From: Tubiluchus corallicola | Taxonomy: Eukaryota > Animalia > Priapulida | Length of the DNA: 60,773 nucleotides | Direction of reading: 5' to 3' | NCBI GenBank assembly: GCA_030141605.1 | Contig: JAQGDQ010000409.1 | Span: 1 to 60,773 of the forward strand | Shown: positions 39,501-51,900 of the stretch, one piece after another | Position numbering within the stretch: the first letter of the stretch is position 1 | Layout: the number at the start of each line of letters is the position of its first letter | Notes under the pieces: model-generated | What the model was told of the DNA's origin: nothing | Databases searched by the model: none | What the model saw: only the letters and a program-made list of their open reading frames with translations | Position numbers and translations under genes: made by a program

Positions 39501-42500
39501 TAAACATTAAAGGAAGACAGGATGACTTTTCATATACTACCCCATTTTCAAGTATGGTAAAAGGTATACATTTTAACACTAATGATATTGTAAAAGCGTT
39601 TCTGATAATTAAATAATTGATTAAAAACTTAATTAATGATGGGCGAGCCCAACTAGTGATGACATCACAAACTAACATAATTTTCAACATCAAAATATTA
39701 CATGAGCATGTTGCCCGTGTCTGCAAAAGCGAAAGTTGAATTACAATGCTACTGTAAGATATTCAGGGTGTTGTACAAAAAACCAGGCAAGTTTTAAGAT
39801 AAAAATTCAAATTTCAAATCTACCGCTGTGCTCACGCATGACCTGTCGTACGCGTGCAGTACGTCACAAACAAACACATCTGAACTGAGAGATACAGCAC
39901 CTGTTTTTTGTCCAACGCTTTCCGAAATGCAGGCGCTAGTGCCTTTCTCGCTAGCATGTGGCGTAATGCATGTAACACCGAAGAACTATGTGTGGTAATA
40001 ATTGTTTTACCTAGATCATTCTTTAAAAAATAGTATGTTTCTTTTCAATATTTTAAAGAATAGGTTGATTTGATCTACAGTTTAACATAGGGTCAGGTTT
40101 TGCTTCAACAGGACCGTTCAAAATAATCAATAATCCTGTAACATGCAGAGCAGAACAACAATTATCGCTTAAGTCAGGTTTTCACGGATTCGCGTTTTCT
40201 GCGACTATCCGAAAAGTCAAAAATGGTGTTTCCTGGCATCCGGAATACGCTATGCGTTATCCACCTGCGGAATAGCTGCGTATAAAAAATCAATATGAAA
40301 CAGCTGCAGAAAAAATCATCGCTAAACAGTCGCAAAATAATCCGGGTGTTCGCCGCTAAGCAAAAACGTCGCTGGCTTCGAAAATTCTCTTTAAAATGTT
40401 TTAAGTTGTCGCCGAAGTCGCAAAACTCGCCACTTCGCCAAAACTTCGCAAAATTTGTCGCAAATTATTCGTGATGATCGTCAACAATTTCAGAATCTGC
40501 GAAGACTTGGCGAATATTTCGCGATGCTTTTGAGACCGTTGCGACGACGTTTCGACAATTTTGCGGCATTTTGGCGAACCTCGGTCGTCCCGCACTTCCG
40601 CCTGCGAAAATTCAGTGGAATGGTCGTGACATGATCGCAACATACTCACGAGAATGTTGTGCGACATTCGCTTGGTCGCAGCATAAGTGTCGCAGAAGTC
40701 ACCAATTACGCGCAAACATGTTTTGCGAGTTTCGCTCGAGAAAATGACCGATGTGTAGCAAAAGCCGCGATAGATTTACGTAATATCTTCCGTGGACGTT
40801 TTGCCTCCATAGACGTTTATCAGACTATTTTGTTGTTTTTTGCATTTAAAACCAAGTTGTTTCACAAATTCGAAACCTATACAGGACAGCTGAGAGCACT
40901 CGGTTTGGAATGATGACTCTAACATCTTTCTCGCGTGACGGGGGTGGGAAGCAGGAAAATATAAAGAGTGGAGAGAAATTGGCTACACTAAACCTTTTTC
41001 GCTGCTTTAATGGAAGATGCTCTCAGAAGCTCTACTTCAGTGGTTTCTAAACGCTAGCGGTTTGTTCATAGTGCTCCGCTTTGCTACTACTTTTCATATC
41101 AAGACAATTTCTAGATGCTAGTTGCTGCTCCTATTGCAATAATTTTTATAATTCTATTACAATCTTTTTTCTATATTTATATTCACATTTTCAGCAATAG
41201 TATCAAGCAAGGGCTAGAGCAAAAAAAGTTGTAAAGATGGAAAAACTAAGCACAATTGGTATACGGAAAGATGGAATGATAGCATTTTACACAGGTAAGA
41301 TAGGATAAGGTGGTACCATTTTGCAGAGCTGGAGTAGGGCAGGACGATACATAAATTACTTGTTCACAATAGACACATGTAAGCAGTTAATCTCTTTGTC
41401 TTTACCACACTCTTGTAATCAGTATATTTTTGCCAACGTGTTTTATATTGTATTGTTTTTATTTTGTAGACTGTATTTTACTATTTGGTGGGAATAAAAT
41501 AAAATAAAATAAATAAGATACCATTTTGCAGAGGTGGGGTAGGGTAGGATGATACCATTTGCACAGGTAAGGTAAGGTAGGATGATACCATTTTGCATAG
41601 GTGGGGTAGGGTAAAATGATACCATTTTGCACAGGTAGTGTAGGGTAGGAACATATAAAATGGTATCTTCCCTACATGTATTGCAGGGTAGGATAATACC
41701 ATTTAGCACAGGAGATACCATCTTGCAGAAGTGGGGTAGGAGAGGATGGTACCACTTTGCAGAAGCAGGGTAGGGTAGGGTAGAATGATACCATTATGCC
41801 CAGGAAGTGTACGGTAGGAAGACAAAACGTGCAGAACAGTGACATTAAATTTAGTTTCTCCTAACTGGCCTGTCACTTGCTAAGAGGCAAGAACAATTTA
41901 AGCCAACACCATTTTATTGTTTTAAAATACAAACGTATAATCCAATGAAACTGCATCCCTAGTTTTTTATAATTCAGCCAGTCGGTCAGTTTTGCAATGA
42001 CCACCAAGCTAAAATTTCAAATAGAGAGAAAATGTTAGGCACGCATTCTTTCTAATAAGTTATTCTCTACGCTAGACTTACAATAACTTCTTAAATAAAG
42101 GTTTATGTGGGGAAAAGTTGGCAACGCGCCAATGGATTCAATGTCCGGGCAAATTCCTTCGTTTTCTAGACAAATGCAAAATCTGGCTCATTGGTCGATT
42201 TTTCACCAAGTATCCTAGATCAAACCAACGCGCGAATGTAATGTCACTGACACCCTAGCCTTTCATTAGTGCTTGCTTACTCTCAGCGGCCTATATTGCT
42301 TTTCATTGGTTGCCATGGTAACGCGCTTGTCCTTATCAGTAACGTCATACCTTATTACACAGCTTGCTGAATGCTTAGGCGCCCCGGGTTTGGGCACAGC
42401 ATGTTTAAATAACTTAATTGTGTGTATTGAAAAGGCCACCCGGGTAAACCCTTGCTGCACAACCCATCTTATAACGGTCAATTAAAAATGTTTGAGGTAC

Positions 42501-45500
42501 ATGCAGCGCAAACGCTAGCGAAGCCAGGCACGGGTAATAAACTGCATAAACGAAAATTACCTTGTAACCGTATTTATTCTGCAGGCGATAAATGTCAACA
42601 TTCACTGTTCAAATAACGCCAGGAAAATGCTGGCAATACAAACCTAATTTAATTCGCGTAGTTAGGCGATTATTTATGAACTCGCTCGCCGCATGCCGTT
42701 TGAATAGCAAGCTGCAATACGACACGACCAGTTAGCCGAATCTGACTGTGGTTCACAATTGTAAAGTTTCACATTTCAACATTGCCATTTGCCAGGAATA
42801 ACCAAAGTAATGGAGATATGCCAAGCTGAGAGGATATTTATATGGAACAGTAGTATACAGTAGTATGGGGGGGGGTATTGATAGGGGTATTAGTAGCACT
42901 ACCCTAGTAGCCTTTTTTCAGCATAAGTTACATAATTTTCAAATCAAAACAAGCACAAACTCACACGTTAATTATAAAAAACCACACCATAACAACATAT
43001 TACTGTTACATTAACGATGTCCTAAACACTTCGATTTATTGTCTTTGTATAATGTGTTTTACTATGTTGTGTTGTATTATGCTGTATTATATTGTATTTT
43101 ATTGCATTGTATCGTATCGTATCATATTATATTACATTATATTGTATTACATTGTATACATTGTATTGTATTGCATTGCATTTGTAGTTATGATTATTAG
43201 CATATCATTTATTTCGAACATATAGTTCACATTAAAATTATAAAAAAGTACAAAATTATCTAGGAAAAAATAAAATTACAATTACAGGATTAGTAGACAC
43301 TGACACAAACAATTATATAGATAAAAAATTAGTACTTAAGACCAAACAAAGAAAAGTAATACAATACAGAATATTACAATTACACATATCCTAAATAACC
43401 ACATACCTATTACACAAATTATTGCATTGTATTATATTATAGTGTTTTACATTGTATGTATTGTGTTGTATTGTATTGCATTGCATTGCATTGCATTGCA
43501 TTGTAGTCATCAATAAACTTATTATTATTCGTTTTCACATATCCAGAAAGCATCTGTGTGGAACAGTGACATGTATTCTGCCAGATTGAAGATATTCATA
43601 AACTGTATACAGCCTATATCCACTATACATCAGATCACTGGAGGGACAGCACTTCCAATTTTATATAATTTATTTATCTTAGTTCTTCTATACTTCATAA
43701 TAAGATGTTCCTCATCCGCTAGCTAATTCATTAGGTCTACATACGCGTTCTCCTCTTGCTTTCCGTTTCCGTGCCCTTTCAATCACTACGTCAAACGCAA
43801 AACATTATTTAAGCTGTTTAAACAATTTAAGCTATTTAATCAATTTTTGTTGCATATTGGGAGGTCACGTGTAACCGACCATATGATACCAACTAAACTT
43901 TTATCATCATCATTAGAATCAGTGCATTATCCAGTTTTTATCAACTATACATGGTGCTAATGAATACGAGACTATTATTCTTTAACAGGGCTTAGGTACA
44001 GGGTCGTGTTAAATTGTAATGAAGTACAGTATAGGGCTTTAAGTACAGTATTACATTTGCTGGAGGAAAGTACACAATGACAGCAGTGATGCGTTAAAGC
44101 CTATCATGGATAAGTGGAAGGATGGCAAATGCAACACGTTGGGTATTCGTATGCGTTTTTTGTGCTTGAACCGCTAGACCTCTTATGTGGTTTCTTTGTT
44201 CAGATCTATAATGTTTTTAAGTCGTTTTTCTTTGTCTTTTGTAATTTCTTTCCTTAATGGTTCAAGAAGTAAATAAATATTCTAATATGACGTAGTTTTA
44301 GTGTTTCTTATTAGATTATACTAGTTAAGAAGTTCAGTTGCAATTGAATATGAACTGTGTGTAAAAATTTGTAGAGACCATTTAAACTAAATGTCAACTA
44401 TCCACACTATCCGAAGAAAAAACTTCAAGCACATGTAGAGTTGAATAAAACTTTCAGATTTGCAGTTCATGATGGGACACACACACTCGATGCCAGGTTC
44501 ATGATGGCACACATACACAGTCAATGCCAGGTTCATGATGACACACACACACACACTCAATGCCAGGTTCATGATGGCACACACACACACACTCAATGCC
44601 AGGTTCATGATGACACACACACACACACACTCAATGCCAGGTTCATGATGGCACACACACACACACTCAATGCCAGGTTCATGATGGCACACATATAGTC
44701 AATGCCAGGTTCATGATGGCACACATATACAGTCAATGCCAGGTTCATGATGACACACACACACACACTCAATGCCAGGTTCATGATGGCAGTAAACAGA
44801 AAATTCAATATCCACATTGAGAAATGTTGAAGTTGGCTTCCATGTAATATTGTGTTGTAATATTGTGTTTTAATGATGCGAAAGATCATCGTTGTGTCTA
44901 CAAACCTGGGTAGGAAATTACAGTGCTTTCAGGGTGGCGGTAAGTAAAGAACGAGTTCGGAAACTGTAACGAGGCGGGAGGCTTTTCCAGTTCACAAAGA
45001 GCTGTGCTCACGAATACATACTCAAAAGCGTACACTGTTTTGCAGATAAAAAATATATACTTATGACTGTCACTGCAGGTTTGCACCTGATTATTTCTCA
45101 ATACAACCCGAGCTAAAGTGCATCAGGGTAAAAGTGCACTTTTCAGTTTAGATAACGCAATATTTAGAACAGTAAATCGAACAGGTACATACAAATAAAA
45201 CGTATGCGTCATCTCAAAGTGTTGTAAAAATGAGATTTATCATTTAGTAACTTAACTAAACGAGAGATATATAAAGAGTTCAACTCATGCTTAGTAGCAC
45301 CCGTTATTCCGAATTCAACACCTGGAGATGTACGGATTTCATACGCGATTGAGACTCCAGGCGCGCACTATTTAAAAGTTGAACTGATAGACTGGCGTAA
45401 CGTAGATAGAAGACAAAGACTGTAATTGCGGAGAAATCTAAACTGAAAAGCACGTTTTGATGGACTGTCATTTAACAGCTAAAACTAGAGGAAGATTCAG

Positions 45501-45932
45501 CACTGTCAACTAAATCCTACACTCGAACCTAATTCCTCAACAAACCTTCGAATTACATCGAATAGCTTTCACTCGACTGCGTTTACAATCACATCGTTTG
45601 AGAATTGAAACAGGACAATGGAGACGCCAACCGCGTGAACAAAGATTATGCCCATGTGGATTCATACAAACGGCAGAACAGATATTAATGAGCTGTTCTC
45701 AAACTGATCGCTTAAGAAGGCAGTTCACCGACTTCGGATCACTAACTTCAATACTGTCTTGCAAAAAAGCATTTAAAATTTTCTATTTGAAAGTGTTTGA
45801 ATAGTATGTGTGTGCACATTTAAGTTAAATTACCTTGTGTGAATTAATAGTTTAATAGTGAAGCTGTGTTTGGATGTCGTGCACTATAATGTTGTAAACT
45901 CTGTGGACTAATTCCATGTTACCATGCCATTG

Positions 45933-45980
<48 letters not shown>

Positions 45981-48900
45981 CATTATATATTATATATATA
46001 TATAATGTTGTAAAAAATTTGTCAATAAAAACTACCACTACTACTAGACTTTACATACTTAGCATGAATTATGAATAGCAATTTTGTACTTGAGATCCGT
46101 TTCAACATTTCAAAAGCTTATGAATAGGAAAACACACCAATTTTTGCAAGTACCATAATGAAGTGTTAGAATTCTGTAAAATTCTGTAAACTCAGCTCAG
46201 TCGATAGCATATCTTTTTTTACTTACACTGAATGAAAATTTGTTATTGTGAACTTAAGTTAAGACTTATGACTTAAGTTCACAGTAACAAATTTTTGTAC
46301 AGTGTCAGTTATTTCACATAAAACATTTACAATCATTTTGTGTACAAAATTTAGTGAAAGGGCCTACAATGAACATAATACAAATAATTTTTTACTGTTT
46401 CCGTACAACATTTTTAACCTTTGCATAATAATTAACTGCTTCTGAACCGCAGAAAATTTTGGGTTATGAAATGTTTCAATTCTGCTATCATTGTCAAAGA
46501 TTATAAATATTAATTTTATGGAAAATAAACTACTAATAAGCCTTGGGCACATGATGTCCGTACAATATGAATTCATTCCGGTTGGGGAATTCCAAAATGC
46601 ACTGTTTAACGTAAAATAAATAAAATAGCTGTGTATAGCTTAGTTCATAATCGCAACATGGTTAATCATACGCTATAGTTTTAAACAAATTACAAAAGAC
46701 TAAAACAACACTTGTTGCATTTTACAGGGTTAGCGGGACGACTATCAGTAAACACGCTTAGAATACAACTCGATAAACTAAACTGCATCTTGTTTAAATT
46801 AACTAACATTAATTTTGTTCACCTATTAAGACATGTAGCAATCACAATTGTAGGTTGCTAGTGGTTATCAAGCAACAAGCATTCAAATTTGTGACCGTAT
46901 AATCCAAATAACAAATTTCCGCTGTCTTGAGGAAACCAACAAAAACCTGGCGGCTTCATTGACATCACCTAAGACTGACACATTGATGAATTCGGCATAA
47001 TGTAGGTGTCCGTATGACACAAACAAATGTATAGGATTACCACCATTTGATGTTAGTAATGGAAAAAAGCGATGAACCATCTACTTTTAGAAATGACATT
47101 CAAAATATACAGCCTACGATAGCCATTAAATTCTCACGGTAACTTAAACAAACACACGGAAGCAAATAAACTGAAAAGGATTGAAAAGGCTAAAGCTGAT
47201 AACATAATCAGTTGTGAGTCTTTGAATATAATTACGGGTTTATAATGACTGAGCAGTTGTGTGAGACAGTTACACCACAAAGCATCATTGAAAACCACAA
47301 CGGAAAACAAACTGACCATCAAAAACAGCTTGTGAGTAAAAAAAAATACTAACATTTGATGCACTTCTATCATATGTTTTTCCCAAAAGACAGGATGATT
47401 TTTCACATATTCACCCATTCCAAGTACGATAAAAATATACATTTTAACACCAATAAGACTGCAAAAGCGTTTCTGATAATTATATAATAGATTAAAATCT
47501 TAATTAACGACGAACGAGCAAAACTAGTCAAATTTACTACTGTACTCACGCATGAGCTGTCGAACATGTGCAGTTCATCACAAACAAATATATCTGAATT
47601 GATAGGTAAAGCACCCGTTTTGTGTGCAATGCTTTCCGAGATGCAGGTGCTAGTGCCCATCTAACTAGTGAATGGCGAAATGCCTGTAGCAGCGAAGAAC
47701 TAGTGGCGCAAACGTGAAATAATTCTTTCACGTAAGGCATTCTTTAGAAATAGTATGTTTCCTTAAATAATTGGTTGTTTTGACCTGTAATTTAACATTG
47801 GGTCCGGTTTTGTTTTAACCAGTTGGCTGTATTCTGTGTGGAAATGCAAACAAAAAAGAGACAAACGCGTATCTTAAGCAAAACGTCAGCCACATCATGA
47901 AAGTCTTAACTGAATTTTGAGAAAAATATTCAAACTTTATTGTTACAAAACCTAGATCTATACTATACTATTTATCAGCACCTACAATAATGTGGTGAAA
48001 CCTTTTGCTGGGCAAGTCCAGTATTACATGTATACCCTTCGAGTGTTTTTAAGTGAAAGGTTTCACTACACACGTAAAATTATTATAGTAAACACCCTTC
48101 ATGCACGGAGTATAAACAAAATTTATTGCGCTGCCATAAAACTCCTGTGCACATTTGCTTCATACAAATTTTTAATCACAGTAATTGATTCATATTGCTT
48201 ATCTTGTGCACTGTTCAAAAAGTTACCAATGACTACAGATTTGATTAATTTATAATTATTGTTACAAAACCTATCTCTGTAAGCATTTATCAGCACTGCA
48301 CCTAGAACAACCTGGATGAAGTCTTTTGTGCCATTTGGCTGGGCAAGTCCAGCATTACATACTCTTCGAGTGTTTTTTAGTGCAAGATTTCATTACACAC
48401 GTATAATTGTTATAGTAAACGCCCTTCATGCAATGATGAAGGGTTTCAATGAGCAAGTCGAACAATCAGAGGGTGAAATGGTGAACTCATGGGTAACTAA
48501 GAGCAGATTATTAAGAGATAACGTCAAGTACAAATTCACGACATGAACAATGGAGAAACCATTATCACAATCTAAGACTGGTGATCGAGGGGATAAATTT
48601 TCCAAATCACAAAAGTATTACCACGGGAATGACGGGATAAACTCCAGCAAACGTGTACGTCACTATAATGCCATTTGAAGCCGTAAAACAAAATTGTATC
48701 ATTGACTTTTGAAGCAAGTATTTTTCTTTCATTTTTTAAGCGGGAAAAAGTGTTCAGATACAATAATTATTGGGTTTTATAATTTCAGTATAAATACTTT
48801 CACAACATACCAATGATGAAGGCAATGATGACGTCGAATTAATGAACGCAAGAATGTTTAATAGAACACACGTGCAAATTAAACTATTTTCATAAGCAAA

Positions 48901-51900
48901 TACATACGGTCCTACCGCTTTTTCATTTTAATTTTGCTGGAGTAGGTTAGCGCACGAATTCATGAGTTTTCTCCGTTCAAACCGAGAGATCTAGTCAGCA
49001 AACTCACAGAAAATTCAGTGTTAATTCACACACAGACACAAGCACATAAAATCTGAGTACAGCTTGATACCTCGAAAAACACGTTACAAATTACAAGCAC
49101 ACGTTGTCCAGCAGAGCATAAAGAAATGGCTTCCCGACCACTACAGCTAGAATTATATATCTGGTCAGAAACTGCGAGTACAAAAGCATCATTGATTGAT
49201 GAGCGGTTGCACGGCCTGTCTGCGTACTAGTGTGACGTCATCGAGGAGGCCCGCCGGGGGAAGCAGGTGACAAAAATGAAAGTAAAAACAATGCACACTG
49301 AGACTATTAATCAAGGTTTGCGAAGGAAATGAAGGAATTTAATACGTTGTTTAAGCAGACCAGTGTTATCTGTATTATTTTTGCCGGTAATGTCGCCTTG
49401 CTGCTGGAAACACTTCTGGAAAGCACAAGAATTATAGCATTGTACATGTGCCATTAAACATAGAACAGCAAATTCTTCCGTGAGTGTTTGGCGGCTTGAG
49501 TGAGGCTAATGATTCTAAAACGCAGTTTATGTGATTCCTTTGCATATAAAAAAGTCATAATAGATTTGGGGCACTGTTCATTCAAAAACTTTGACGTATA
49601 TTAGTCATCTTTATCAGCATAGCAAGACACGTCTAGTATTATCTACATGATCAAAGTCAACTTTTTGGGGACATTCCAAACCAAGAATCTTAGATTCGAG
49701 AGCTATTCATTTAGAAATTCCATTAACATACAACCAACTCGAAACTATTTGGAGTTTGGTCAAAGGGCAGAGATGCGATGCCGGACTATGGGTTTTTAGA
49801 TGTGCCTTTTGTCTAGTTTTGATGGAGAAAGTATACACTGCAAATTGTGCAATTATTGTGTAGTTTATAACAAACGCTCTCGAAGTAAACAATTTGGCAT
49901 TTTAGGTGAGGCGGAAACCTGGCCTGATAAAGAACGTGTCTCGCTCAGCGAGAAAGTCGTAGCGAATGCGGGGTAGTGTGCGCGTACCGGGAACGAGAGG
50001 AAGAAATTTTTGTATGCTGAGCAGAAGATGGCGAAGAACTTTTATAATCTTTTTAAATTCAAATTTAACAATTAATAAAGCAGTTAAACCATAAAAATGT
50101 AATTATTTTTTAATGTGTGATGTAACGATAATGAAATCGTCACCGAATGTGAAGTGTATGCATCATAATATATGAACGGAAGATTTACAGTTAGACGAGC
50201 TGAGCTCGACATGTTACAGATCTGTAATCTGTATCAATTCACTCTTGAAACGTCATTTGAAGGTATACATTGTAAATAAAAGCTACTGGCAAAAGATTGC
50301 AAATGTGGGTTATCTTCCACAATCAGGTGTTTATCTAACTGAAACTAATTGAAACTAACTGATCAAGATAGCTAATTATTATTAATAATGATCAGCAGTA
50401 GTCATCGATTTTATAAGTATTGAAAGGAATGAAGATATGGAGTGCAATTAGTCCTATCTGGACATGTGAATTGTGAAGTCGAGAAAAGAGGAACAGTTGA
50501 GAAAATAAGAACAGTTTTATGCACGTACAAAACATGTCTATATAGTTTTTATGACAAATGAAAAAAGATAAACCTTGCTGTACAGCAACGTAAAAATAAT
50601 GTATTATAATAATTATTTCATTGTCCAACAACGAACTGGATCATAATAGGGCTAATGCTGAAGCTTTAATGTAATCATAATAATAATAATACATACATAC
50701 ATGCAATTTATATAGCGCCCCAAATATATAAAAATATTCAGCTGCACTTTACAGCCAAAGATTTTACAAAGCCTAAACTAAATAATAAAACTATACACAC
50801 TATAAAGAAAAGCCTTAAAATTTTAAATTAAAAAAGTCAATATAAAATCGAGTTAGCAATGCGCAGGCAAAATTAAAATCTAATTCGATTTCTATATTCT
50901 AATTTAAAAGATGTGTCTTGAGCAAATTGTTAAATGTAATTATAGTATTGCAGCTTCTGGTATTCAGTGGAAGGCTGTTAGAGCAGCATGGGAAAAAGCA
51001 CACATACCTAAGTTTTTTGTTTGTGTCCTAGGCACAAGAAGTAGATTTTTATTGCCAGATCTTAAGTTTCTGGATGGCGTGTAAACACTAATCAGTTCTG
51101 CAAGATAGCACGAGGCTTGACAATGTAAACATTTAAATACCAGCACAGCAATTTTCAATTTAATTCTAGATTGCACCGGAAGCCAGTGTATGGCCCGTAA
51201 TGTTGGAGTTATGTGATCATACTTACACATATACACAATGCATGTAAAAACTTTAAAGTAACTCTATGGAAAAATAAGAGACCTCTAAAAAGGCTGACTT
51301 CAAAATTTAAGGTTTGCATGTCTTCAAATGAAATGCAATGCATTACCGACATTAAAGCAGATTAAGCGAGTGACCATTTTTACAATTTGGCCAATTAAAA
51401 TGTTTGTAAAAAATAAATTAATTGCAAATTACATGACGATGGTGAATCCGCTTACACAGGCCATGTTCAACATTTGAAATTTTGATCCTGAGCTCAGTCT
51501 ACTAGTAATTATTCGTTATTAACAATAGGCATAATGTTTAACAAAGCACTAATTTACGTTTATAAGTTACGAAGACAAGACCCAGCAAAGAACAGCTAAA
51601 ATTGTGAACTTTCAGATTCTACTTGTATTGAAAATACTGAGTTACATTGGTTACCTTCGATATGATATCCCATAAGTAAACAAACTAAAAACACATTGTT
51701 ACAGAAGCGAAAGCATAAGAGAATGGGGCTTGTCACAGTTCTAGCGATTGGTGATGATCGTGAAAAGGTCAAAGGTTAAGTGTACCAGACAACGCATTTG
51801 TGTACACAAAACAACACCTCCCAGCCTATGTTACTATAATAGTAACAGTTTTAACAGCTAGCTAGAACATTACCTAGTTCATTTTTTCTTGTTCACAAGC

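Noticed and set aside
40401-40913. GC-rich ORFs of 84-104 aa
   Set aside because: No recognisable domain; explained by tcgc/gcga-rich repeat sequence.
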